NCBI RefSeq assembly: GCF_006345805.1
Contig: NC_043006.1
Coordinates: forward strand, 64,728,001-64,792,000
DNA from: Octopus sinensis
Lineage: Eukaryota
Direction: 5' to 3'
DNA length: 64,000 nt
Shown: positions 1 through 11,644 of the stretch, in pieces
How the letters are laid out: every line of letters begins with the position of its first letter
Position numbering within the stretch: the first letter of the stretch is position 1
Position numbers and translations under genes: made by a program
Notes under the pieces: model-generated
Seen by the model: the letters and a program-made list of their open reading frames with translations, nothing else
Told to the model about the DNA's origin: nothing
Database searches by the model: none

Positions 1-50
1 AGGAAAGATCAAGGGTAGACGGAGGAAAAGAAAATCGCCAACGGTACATA
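1..50 (-). mobile_element. Truncated copy of the Penelope-type/hammerhead repeat also seen at 7456-7655
   Basis: aggaaagatc..gacggaggaaaagaaaatcgccaacggtaca matches 7601-7655 (ggaaagatcc..gatggaggaaaaaaataaatcgccaacgataca); runs off the window edge. Confidence 0.6.
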
Positions 51-63
51 TATATACACGGCG

Positions 64-540
64 CAGGAGTGGTTGTGTGGTAAGTAGCTTGCTTACCAAC
101 CACATGGTTCCGGGTTCATTTCCACTGCATGGCACCTTGGACAAGTGTCTTCTACTATAGCCTTGTTTCAGTCATTTGACTGTGGCCATGCTGGAGCACC
201 GCCTTTGGTCGAGCAAATCAACCCCAGGACTTATTCTTTATAAGCCTATTACTTATTCTATCGGTCTCTTTTGCCGAACCGCTAAGTTACGGAGACGTAA
301 ACACACCAGCATCGGTTGTCAAGCGATGTTGGGGGGACAAACACAGACACAGAAACATACACACACACACACACATATATATGACAGGCTTCTTTCAGTT
401 TCCGTCTACCAAATCCACTAACAAGGCTTTGGTTGGCCCAAGGCTATAGTAGACGACACTTGCCCAAGGTGCCACGCAGTGGGACTGAACCCGGAACCAT
501 GTGGTTCATAAGCAAGCTACTTACCACACAGCCACTCCTA
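64..540. mobile_element. Inverted pair of family-A tRNA-derived SINEs (OR/CORE-type): + head 64-162 and near-complete - copy 163-540
   Basis: Head ggagtgg(c/t)tgtgtggtaagtagcttgcttaccaaccacatggttccgggttca at 64 and its reverse complement at about 440-540. Confidence 0.85.
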
Positions 541-879
541 CAACTAATGTTTTTCCCTTTACTATACAATAAAGAACAATTCTCTATACTTTGACTCATC
601 ATGTCACAGTTAAATTTGTTTGACACCAAGGCACATTACCAAGTCCATTATATAACTTATAAAAGTTATTTATATTTGTTATTCAATCTCTGATGATTTA
701 ATGATGTGGTATTTCATCATATAACAAATATTGTGGTTAATGAAATATGTGTAAGACATAATGAATAATGTAAAAATTTATCTCCATATTTGTTTTACAT
801 TTGTACTTGCCTATATCATGAGCAATAAACCACACACAAACGTGTGTAAGTGTATGTATGTGTGTATACATATGTATGT

Positions 880-1200
880 ATATCATCATCATTTAACATC
901 CATTACCCATGCTGGCATGGGTTGGATGGTTTGACTGGGCTGGCATGCTGGAAGGCTGCACCAGACTCCAGTCAGATTTGGCATGGTTTTCTACGGCTGG
1001 ATGCCTTTCCTAATGCCAACCACTCTGAGAATGTAATGGGTGCAATTTGCATGACATGGGGGTGCGTTTATATGCTAATTTGCATGACACAGGTAGCTGC
1101 CACAACTGCGATTTTGCTCAGCTTGATAGGTGGTGTTCTCAAGCATGACATAATGCCAAAGGTCTTGGTCATTGCCTCCATGATGCCCAACACTCGAAAG
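880..1200 (-). mobile_element. Family-C repeat (RTE-LINE-related 3' tail), CpG-decayed
   Basis: Reverse complement of ggaaggcatccagc..ccaacccatgccagcatgg..gttaaatgatgatg. Confidence 0.75.
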
Positions 1201-2329
1201 GAACTCAGCCATGAAGCATGGCTGTGATAAGAAGTTTGGTTCCTAACTACATGATTTTAGGTTCAGTCCCACTGCATGGCACTTTAGCTAAGTGCCAAAA
1301 CCATGTGAGTGGATTTGGTTGACGGAAACTGTGCATTAGCATGTTGTATATATACATGTGGAAGTGCATATTTGTGTGTGTGTGTGTGTGTGTGTATGTT
1401 ACTGTTTCCCTGACTTGACATCACATGATAGTTGTAATCGAGTGTCACCATCATGCAAATGGTGTCCTTTTCCAATCAGGTGATAACAGATCTGCCCATG
1501 AGGAAATTTTACCTTATTAGGAAGCAGGCAAGGGTTGGTGACAGGAAGGGCATCCAACTGGAAAATTTGCCTTATCACATTCTGTCTGACCATGCAAGCA
1601 TGGAAAAGTGGATGACAATGATATCCAGTGTATCCATTTTTCTAGGTCAGTAATGAGGGGTAATTCGAGAGAGGTTTGGCCGATATTTCTAACAAGTCAA
1701 CCAACCTCTTTAAAAACATTAGATGCTGTTTAACTCCTGGTTGAGCAGGTCTATGATTAAATGCATTCCAACAGTGACAATCCAGTTTCTTTTTGTGTGT
1801 ATTATGAGATATAAAAAAAAAGCAGGACACTGAATAATTTAAAGGTAGAATGAAATCTGAGGAAGATTTGGTTGCTGTATACAGTCGGTTGTAATGTCAC
1901 ATATGGAGGTTCTTTCATTGGTTTGTTTGTGTATTTCTGGTTGCAGTTTAGCCTTTGGTCAACCATAGCTGTCTTAGCAACATTATAGGTCCCCAAGCAA
2001 AGCAATGTTTTGGGCCTGTTTACATTAATTTTATATATATTTTTGACAACAAACCACAGTGTATACATCTTAATTGGACCCCTAGACCTACGAGATTCCC
2101 AAGCAACTGCCCAGTATGTCCAAGCTTTAGGACGGCACTGCAGTCAGCCCTGGTTGAGCAGACTTATCAAAGGCATTCCAGCCATGTTCATGCCACTATT
2201 TTGTGTGAGCTGTTTCATACAACATTAATCTGTACCTCCCTTTATAGCATAACTATAGATGTGTACCTGCACTCTGAATTTGTTTCTTAATAACATTCTG
2301 ACAAAGGTATATTTTTTCAATGGGACACA

Positions 2330-2800
2330 TTTTAGAAAATGTAAATAAGGAAATATTGGAGTTTGTTGTGAAATGTTTTTTTTTCTGGTGATGTGGATAA
2401 TTCACACACCTCGATTTGTTTCCACACAAATTTCTGAAAAATTAATATTTTTAGATTTAATTTTCAATAAATACGTTTCAGATGGTGTAGATTACGATTA
2501 GGTTGGGATCTGATGAGGAAAATAATAATAATAATAATAATAATTGGCTAGGGATCAGATAATTCATAAACTTTGGCTTTGTTTTAATCACATGATTTGA
2601 TGAGGTGTCCGAATAATCCGTCTCCACTCTCTTCAATTATTTCTCACATCCAATTCTGATATATATGTAATCTAAGCCATCTGAAAGATACTTGCTGAAA
2701 TTTTTATTAAAAAATATCAAGATTTTAGCAAGTAATGAGGAAACAAAGTCAGCGGGGCATACATCTCTAGTTATGCCCCACTTATTTTCATGATGGTGAT
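2330..2800. mobile_element. Degraded non-autonomous DNA-transposon-like repeat (related pieces at about 15280-15650, 16020-16085 and 21235-21360)
   Basis: Shared words (gaatttgttgtgaaa, gaggaaacaaagtc..ggggcac, ataactttccgaaaa) recur at four loci; superfamily not determinable. Confidence 0.45.
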
Positions 2801-4334
2801 GTGAGATGAGAGATATTTGGATGCTGTTTCTAGAAGATCGAGCGACTTATCGTATAGGCTGGTATATATGTTATAAGTTAAACTGTATTAAAAGGCATTC
2901 TACCCATGATAAATCCATTTTATTTTAAAAGCCAGTGTGATGTGGAATGAGATTTAGCTTCTGTTTCTAGCTGTTGTTGACCCTTTGCCTTTCCTGTGTA
3001 TTATCTGTGATATATGGGATAGACATATTTCCCTGGTGTCCATACATTATATATGATACACATTAGCAATTTCCCAATCACAAGAGTATTCTGGGACTTA
3101 TGAAATGGAAAATTTTATATTACTCAGAATGAATGAAACAAGGCTTAAAGAAGAAAACATGTCTAAAAACGTCTAGAACAAGCTTATGAAAATGCCTTGG
3201 ACAGGAAACATGTTTATACTTTGGTTTATTTAAATAGCATGAAATAATATTGAAATAGAATTAAAAGGAACACAAGAATAAATAATGGATTTAAATTTAG
3301 AACAAAATTAATAACAAAATGAATTGAATAAACAAGTCAAGAAATAAATGAATAACGGTTAAAGTTTGATAAACAATGGAAGATCAGGTTGAATAAATGA
3401 GTGTCACGAATTAGAACTGTTTAAGTAATTACAACAGCAGATGAGAAGAGTGAAATTGGGTAGAGTGTATGTGTGTGTGTGTGTGTGTATGGGGGGGGGA
3501 TAGTGCCAAGAAGTGGTTAGTGTAGTCTTGCCTCAAGTCAACACTGAATAGGCAGATACATGATCAAAGGCTTTCCAGTTATGACCATCTTGTCTATTTA
3601 CTAGACACAGTACACACACAATCATATTATCCAATATATATGTGTGCGTGCGTTATTTTTAAGGCAGGAGAGAACAGTTTTTTTTTCTTTTTGATGGCAT
3701 GTGGTTAGAAGCTCGCTTTACAATCATGTGGTGTCTGGTTCAGCCTGCTGTGCAGCAGCGTTTACTATAACGCTGGGACGACTGATGCCTTGTGAGTGAA
3801 TTTGGCAGACAGAAACTGTGTGGAAACCTGTTGTGAGTGTGTGTGTGTATGTGTATATATATTGTCAGCAAATCATATATCCTAAAAAGAAACACACTTT
3901 AAACATTAGGGCAGTAATGTATTTATAAGGAAGTTAATTATATGGTCAGTCATAGAGTGATTGGATGTGAAACCAGTGGTCACCATGACTGGCCATATAA
4001 CTTACTATATATATAAACACAAAAGATTGGAGATTTATCCATAATTTATTGGCTACGTACGTTTTAAATAGAATAGCATACCTCAAAAATGCTGCGATGC
4101 AACATTTATGCACAATTTAATTGATAAAAATGTTAGAGAAAGAGAGGAAAAGAGAAAGAGAGAGCAAAAGAAAGAGAGAGGACTTCAAACCCTTCCTATC
4201 TTATCAAAACTGCCATCATGCCTACATGTTTCTGCCTTATATTTTCAAGCAAGGGAATCTAGATTCAGCAACATTACAGCAACATTAGTCCTAAACCAGG
4301 ACTGCCATGTTATGTTGGCAAACAATCTTTTACT

Positions 4335-4843
4335 ACAAAGTACTGTTGCTGAATGTCCCACGTTGTGAGATTTAAAAATAGTAATTTACTTCATAACATT
4401 GCAGAACTTGCAATTGAAGATCTAGTCCTGGGAGATGAATTCTTGATACACAATACCACATTTGGCAAGTCTTCCAGATTGCTCATCGTCTTCCTGGGAC
4501 ATTCTTCCACTTTTGAAGTGCTTGTGCCACTCGAAATATTGTGTACGACCCATTGCTTCATCTTGTTGCCATAAGTTTGCCAAAGCATGCTCAATATCTC
4601 TGTAGCAGACTTCCCAAGTTTAATGCAAAATTTCATGTTGGCTCTTTGTTCCTGTTCATGACAAAACCGCAGACTACAGCATACACGTGATCACAAAAAT
4701 ATAAATTCCACAACATAGCAATGTCACTCTGCACACTACTGCCACGTGAAGTTCATTACTAGCTCTCATTGCGCACACAACCAAGTGTTGCCATCTGTTG
4801 GTGCACTACAGAACTAGTTCGGGAACTTTTTGATACCACCTTG
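4335..4843 (-). mobile_element. mariner transposon relic: 5' TIR plus frameshifted N-terminal HTH of the transposase
   Basis: Minus strand TA|caaggtggtatcaaaaagttcccgaactag; translates EQRANMKFCIKLGKSATEILSML then, after a frameshift, DEAMGRTQYFEWHKHFKSGRMSQEDDEQSGR. Confidence 0.9.
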
Positions 4844-5309
4844 TAGATAACACACACACACACACATACATACATACACATGTGCATGTGTGTAAGCCAA
4901 CATTAACGCTTGGCTTCCGGTGTTGGTTTATTTACGTCTCAATAACTTAGTGGTTTGGCAAAAGAGACAGACTTAAAAATTACTGGGCGCCGTCTAATGA
5001 CTGAAACAAGTAAAAGATGCTATGGTAGCCAAACGGAAACGTTAAAGCAACTGAGAGTGAAAGAGCAAAGAAATAATCGTTAATAATTAATGATAATACA
5101 ACTGTCAACAAACGATATTAAAGGCCCTGAATTTAAAATGCGGTTGATTTATTATTTCGATATGTTCTGTTTATTGTATTTATCAAACGGAAAATTTTCA
5201 TAATTGATACAAAATTATGCGATACAGGGTGGCAGTGCTTTCCTTTCATGGCCAAACTATGCAAGCCAGCTTTCCCCTAATCTCTAGGTACTGAAAATTC
5301 TTGTGTGCG

Positions 5310-5388
<79 letters not shown>

Positions 5389-5494
5389 GTTGACAGAGGT
5401 GGGGAAGCAAGAGAGACGGGGATTCTATTTTCTTTGAACGACTTTAAATGCAAATCCTGGTGGGATTTGAATGCTGAACGTATAAAGTGAACTA

Positions 5495-5875
5495 CAATAA
5501 TCCCTCGACTATCGCGGGTGTAACGTTCCAAATCTACACCCACCAACACCACCTGTGTCATCTCTTGTGAAAGGTAAGAGAGTCCAGTTTGCTGGACATT
5601 GTTGTAGAGCTGAAAAAGAGGTAATTTCTACTCTTCTCCTCTGGAAGCCATCAACTCGCAATACCAGAGGGCGCACACTCTCCTACCCTGATGTAATCTC
5701 CAGGGATACAGGCATCCAGCAACAGGACCTCCTTAATGCCATGATGGACCGTGAAGTCTGGCGTAGCATGGTAAATTCCATTGTCTCGACCACAGTCGAA
5801 CAATGATGAATGATGATGACCCATCTGCAATAGGTGAAAATCCGCAAAGTAGAAGTACTGTATATATTTAAAAAA
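5495..5875 (+). mobile_element. pogo/Tigger-like MITE left end, interrupted by a LINE fragment
   Basis: TA|caataatccctcgactatcgcggg at 5495; resumes after the LINE as gcaataggtgaaaatccgcaaagtag; no right TIR found. Confidence 0.55.
5530..5820 (+). mobile_element. 5'-truncated non-LTR retrotransposon 3' end (ORF2 C-terminus plus (TGA)n tail)
   Basis: ORF 5555-5806 RVQFAGHCCR..LLLWKP..RGRTLSYPDVISRDTG..AMMDREVWR matches the usual post-RT C-terminal motif; tail tgatgaatgatgatga. Confidence 0.85.
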
Positions 5876-6529
5876 AATAATTTTTATAATTTGTATATAT
5901 TTATTTTATTATAAATACATGACAACATCACGGAGGAATCGGTGTAAGCTTAAATAATAAACCATGATAGGTGAACTGTGATATGGCGAGGGATTACAAG
6001 TAAGTACTAAGTAAATACTAATTCATGGAGTGCAAAACAAAACAGCGCGAATCTAAACAATAACGTATTTATTCATTCTCAATGTTATGGCAGATTTTAA
6101 CGTGAATATATCAGAACACTTGTTTTTCGTAGTCGGCGCTCATTACCGTTTAGACAAAGTACGATCATTAGATGACACAAATGAGACATTTACAACGTTG
6201 CTCTGTAAGTATTTCCTACTGAACTATTTGTCTTTTTTTAAAGTCTGGTACATAATCAGTCGGTTTCTCTTCCCGAAATCGCTAAGTTGTCAAGCATCAA
6301 GCAGTGTGTGTACGGGAAGCGGAACAAACACAGACACATATGGGCCTCCATAGTTTCCGTCTATTAAATTCACACACAAGCAATTGATCGGCTTGGGGCT
6401 ATAATAGGAAACACACACACACACACAAACTTTCCCAAGATGTCACGGAGTGGGATCGAACCCAAAGCCAAGTGACTGCAAAGCGAGCTGCTTAACCACA
6501 TAACTATGCCGGTGCCAATGATAAACAAT

Positions 6530-7235
6530 AAATATTCTTTTCTACTCAAGACACAAGGCCCGAAATTTTGGGGAGGGCCCAGTCGATTAGATCGACCCCA
6601 GTACGTAATTGGTCTTTAATTTATCGATCCCGAAAGGATGAAAGGCAAAGTCGACCTCGGCGGAATTTGAACTCAGAACATAAAGACAGATGAAATACCG
6701 TTAAGTATTTTGCCCGGTGTGCTAACGATTCTGCCAGCTTGCTGCCTTAACAATAAATATTGAAAGGACGAACGACCTCGGCGTGTTATAACAAGTTTTA
6801 TGTTAGGATCAACTTCATCTCATATGAATCTCTGATCTCTTTTGATAAAATATTTTGATAAAATATATATGTGTTTGCGTGACTGTGTGTGTGCATGGTT
6901 AACATATGTGCGTGTGGTTTTCTCTACGTAAGTGTGAACAAGTACAAATAGATACAAGGCCTGAAAATCGTCGATGCAATCGACCCCAGGGAAAAAAAAT
7001 ACAGCAGACTGCTAAAATCCTTTCTACTATAGGCACAAGGTCTGAAATTTGGGATGAGGGGAACAGCCGATTACATCGACCCCAATGTTTCACTGGTACT
7101 TAATTTATCAACCCTGAAAGGATGAAAGGCAAAGTTGACTCCGGCAGCATTTGAACTCAGAAAGTAAAGACAGGCGAAATATCGCTTAAGCATTTTGCCT
7201 GGCATGCTAACGATTCTGCCAGCTCGCCACCTTAG
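6530..7235 (-). mobile_element. Two family-B tRNA-derived SINEs (Meta-domain-like core gcctttcatcctttcggggtcgataaa)
   Basis: Reverse-complement matches at about 6530-6750 and 6950-7235. Confidence 0.85.
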
Positions 7236-7423
7236 ACTCTGCTATAATGAATCCATAAACATATAAAACATTCAAGGGTATATTTTTCCCCCCTTTGAAG
7301 ATATTATGCTCAGGTCATATAAATTTAATATTTAGTGCGTATTCATTGAAACAGCTGTAAGGGATGATGATTAATTTGCTGTTAATAAGAAACAATTATT
7401 AACTTTCCATCTCCATTTTCTTG

Positions 7424-7455
<32 letters not shown>

Positions 7456-7458
<3 letters not shown>

Positions 7459-7655
7459 ATCCAAACATGTAAACACAAAGAGAAAACACAACAATGCGAG
7501 GACGTGGAACAAGTATAGTGTTATTGGACGCTCAGGAAAGGAAAGAAAGAAGGAGGACCTAACGTTTCGAGCGGAGCTCTTCGTCAGAAACATAGGAAAA
7601 GGAAAGATCCAAGGAAGGGAAGATGGAGGAAAAAAATAAATCGCCAACGATACAC
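7456..7655 (-). mobile_element. Penelope-type non-autonomous repeat carrying a hammerhead motif
   Basis: Pyrimidine-rich minus strand with central CTGACGAAGAGCTCCGCTCGAAACGTT; homologous to 19400-19570 and 1-50. Confidence 0.65.
7556..7592 (-). ncRNA. Minimal type-I hammerhead ribozyme motif
   Basis: CUGACGA (7587-7581), extra A, stem II GAGC/GCUC with UCC loop, GAAA (7568-7565), palindromic ACGU helix III, GUU site; stem I weak (mostly G-U). Confidence 0.65.
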
Positions 7656-7689
7656 ATGCAGTCTGGCAAAGACCCCCTTTGGTAACAAA

Positions 7690-8300
7690 TGACCAAGAGA
7701 TTGCACCTAGAAAGTTCCCCTTCGAGACACAAACCTGAGCAAGGTTGTTTATGGAAGACTATCAGTCGCCCACACATACCAGTCTCCTGTTTCCCTCCTC
7801 TATGCTACCAATGTTATACAAGGGAAAGGCAACTCATTTCTTCAGCTGGATGAACTGGAGCAACGTGAAATCAAGTGTCTTGCTCAAAAACAAAATACAC
7901 AGCCCTGTCTGGGAATCGAACTTACAACCTCACAATTGTAAGCTCAACGCCCTAACCAATGTGAGCTATGCGCCTTCACATTGTCTGTTACAACAATAAC
8001 GAGAGTTCCAGTTGACCCGATCAACAGAAAAACCTGTTCGTGAAATTAACGTGCAAGTGGCTGAGTACTCCAGACACTCATATACCCATAATGTAGTTTT
8101 CAGGGAGATGCAAAGTGATACAGAATGTGACAAAGCTGGTCTCTTTTGAATGAGACATTATTCACTTTTACCAGCTGAGTGGGTGGGAGCAACGTGAAAT
8201 AAAGTGTCTAGTTCAATACCATAACGCACTGCCAGGAATCGAACTCACAACCTTATGATCGTAAGCCGAATACCCTAACCACTAAGCCATGCGCCTTCAC
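7690..8300. mobile_element. Cluster of degraded tRNA-derived SINEs
   Basis: Reverse-complement B-boxes gggaatcgaactt (about 7911) and aggaatcgaactc (about 8234) with matching A-box remnants. Confidence 0.6.
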
Positions 8301-8679
8301 ACACACACACACTAAGGCTCCTATCCTTGCAGGATTTAGTTTCATACTACTACAATGAGGAATCCAATCTAAATCAATAGCTGACAATATTTATTCTGCT
8401 GCTGTTTTCTCACATTGTCTGATGATGAGTTCTGATTGAAACCTCAGCTGTTTCCTATTCTCATATCATCATCCAGTATTTTTCTTTATTCTACTTTTTT
8501 TTTTCCGCGATGCAGTGACTACCACCTCTGCATATACTTGCCGATACATAGACAATCAAGAGCCAACTTGGTCACTCGAAAAGTTAAAAATAGCAAAAAA
8601 ATGAAAGGCATCAGATTGTATCTAAAAACAGGAAGGTCACAACTGAAAGCCTTGAGTCTGCTCAATCAAGGCCGATATA

Positions 8680-8905
8680 TATTTCTTTATTGCCCACAAG
8701 GGGCTAAACGTAGAGGGGATAAACAAGGACAAACAAAGGGATTAAGTCGATTACATCGACCCCAGTGCAAAACTGGTACTTTATTTATCGACCCCGAAAG
8801 GATGAAAGGCAAAGTCGACCTCGGCGAATTTGAACTCAGAACGTATCGACAGACGAAATACCGCTAAGCATTTCGCCCGGTGCGCTAACGTATCTGCCAG
8901 CTTAT
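8680..8905 (-). mobile_element. Young family-B SINE with a perfect 15-bp target-site duplication
   Basis: TSD atcaaggccgatata at 8665-8679 and 8906-8920; CpGs largely intact. Confidence 0.92.
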
Positions 8906-10488
8906 ATCAAGGCCGATATAAGTAAACAACACTGATTCATCAACACGTGAAAGACCTGCTTCCGGTGGTTGTTACCGAGGGTCATAAATTATAATAGTGA
9001 GAGACAAAAGAAAGGAAGGTGTGTGCGTGTGTGAGTGAGAGAGAAAGAGAGAGAGAGAGAGAGAGATATGGCTACACAATGAAAATGTAAATTGCAAAGA
9101 AAAGGATTAGAAAATGTCCAGACAATGCAATGCTTGTTTATGCAGTGAAGAAGAACAGTTTAATGTTTCTAGTAGTGAGATGAACCTGGTTGCTGGTGTT
9201 GAACGATAAATCAATTGATTCCCAACTTATTTGTACAGCAAACATTTCATCTCTATTTATGAAAGTAGAACATCAATAGTTTCATTGGACTATGTTACAA
9301 CCAGCCGTCACGGGTGAGCGAGAATATGGCCTTCTCTTTATGTCTTAGATATCTATGTAGTCACCAGAAAACAAGACACCCTCTCGGCCTTCCTCCACTT
9401 GAATGTTATAGCTAGAGGGAGAACGGCTGTAAGAAGTTTTAGGCTAAGAAAACTGTAACCATGCATGACCAAGTTTAAGGATTGAACCAATGACAGCAAT
9501 CCATGGGTCGAATATCCCTAACCATTAAGCTATTGGTATGCCTCTAGATAAGTGCATCTCATGCCACCAACTTTGTTTCCACATAACTTTCTGAGACATG
9601 GGTAGTGGCAGTGTGGTTTGAAGCTTGCTTCCCAACCACATGGTTCCAGGTTCAGTCCCACTGAATGGGACCTTGGGCAAGTGTCTTCTACTATGCTCCC
9701 AGACCAATCAAAGTTAGTGGATTTGGTAGATAGAAACTGAAATAAGCTCGTCATGTGTATGTATGTGTGTATATATGTAAGTTTTAAAATAGAGAGATTT
9801 AATGGATGTAATTTTATTTATTAAATTATTTAACATTGCCTTCAATTGTTTCATTTTGTCAATTTATATCCATTGAATCTCTCCATTTTCAAACTTATTG
9901 ATATTTGATGTTTTATAATATATTAATTGAAGAAATATCTCTTCACAAAATAATATATTAAACCAGGGTATCTTGGATAAAACTACCCCTGTAAGAGATT
10001 TAAATATCCTCATAGTGAATATACATACACATATATATATATATATATATATATAAATGAATTTAGAGGGATATATTATCTGGGCAGACACCATATTACC
10101 TCTCAGTTAATGGCTAGCCACTTCGATCAGTACTTAACATCTGTGACTAGAATTTATTGCAAGTCAATCCCCAAATTCTTTCGATTTGTAATTCCACGTT
10201 TCACTATGTATATATGTATGTGTATGTATGTATGTATATATATATGTATATGCATATATGTGTATAAATATAGATGTTTATATATATATATGTATATGTG
10301 TGCATATATAAATATATATATATATATGTGTGTACATATATGTATATATAAACATATGTATGCATGTGTGTGTGTGTATATATATATATAGTCAGGCACA
10401 TGTATATATACACATGTATATATATATACACACGTATATATATATATATATATATACACGTATATATATATATACACATGTGTATATA

Positions 10489-10884
10489 GGTGCAAGAGTG
10501 GCTGTGTGGTAAACAGCTTGCTAACCAACTACATGGTTCCGGGTTCAGTCCCACTGCGTGGCATCTTGGGCAGGTGTCTTCTGCTATAGCCCCGGGCCGA
10601 CCAATGCTTTGTGAGCGGATTTGGTAGACGGAAACTGAAAGAAACCTGTCGTATATATGTATATATATATATGTGTGTGTGTATGTGTTTGTCCCCCTAG
10701 CATTGCTTGACAACCGATGCTGGTGTGTTTATGTCCCCGTCACTTAGCGGTTCGGCAAAAGAGACCGATAGAATAAGTACTGGGCTTACAAAGAATAAGT
10801 CCTGGGGTCGATTTGCTTGACTAAAGGCGGTGCTCCAGCATGGCCTCAGTCAAATGATTGAAACAAATAAAAGAGTAAAAGAGT
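10489..10884 (+). mobile_element. Full-length family-A SINE
   Basis: tRNA-like head, internal (TA/TG)n, tail ..aaaagagtaaaagag. Confidence 0.9.
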
Positions 10885-11366
10885 ATATACACACACATGT
10901 ATATATATATATATACACACACATGTATATATATATATATATACACGTTTATATATACGCACACACACACATATATATATACATACATGTACACAGATAT
11001 AACCACGTTTATGTATACATGTATATATGTATACATATATATATACACACGTATATATATATATATACACACACACGTATATATATATATATATATATAT
11101 TTCTTTACTACCCACAAGGGGCCAAACACAGAGGATATATATATATATATATGACAACCGATGCTGGTGTGTTTATGTCCCCGTCACTTAGCGGTTCGGC
11201 AAAAGAGACCGATAGAATAAGTACTGGGCTTACAAAGAATAAGTCCTGGGGTCGATTTGCTTGACTAAAGGCGGTGCTCCAGCATGGCCTCAGTCAAATG
11301 ATTGAAACAAATAAAAGAGTAAAAGAGTATATACACACACATGTATATATATATATATACACACAC

Positions 11367-11404
<38 letters not shown>

Positions 11405-11640
11405 TTTTATATACGCACACACACATAATATATACATACATGTACACAGATACACACACGTTTATGTATACATGTATATATATGTATACATATATGTACA
11501 CAGATATACACACACGTTTATGTATACATGTATATATATGTATACATATATATATATACACACGTATATATATATATATATATTTCTTTACTACCCACAA
11601 GGGGCCAAACACAGAGGGGATATATATATATATATATATA
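10708..11640. repeat. Tandem duplication of a ~444-bp unit (SINE 3' half + microsatellite + cut SINE-B tail)
   Basis: tgacaaccgatgctgg.. starts at 10708 and again at 11152; non-microsatellite parts appear identical. Confidence 0.9.
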
Positions 11641-11644
11641 CATA

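Noticed and set aside
1802-2068. 88-aa minus-strand ORF as a possible exon of the 17-kb gene
   Set aside because: No polypyrimidine acceptor or clear donor; peptide unrecognised
8410-8450. CTGATGA..GAAAC hammerhead-like spacing
   Set aside because: Stem II and stem I cannot form convincingly
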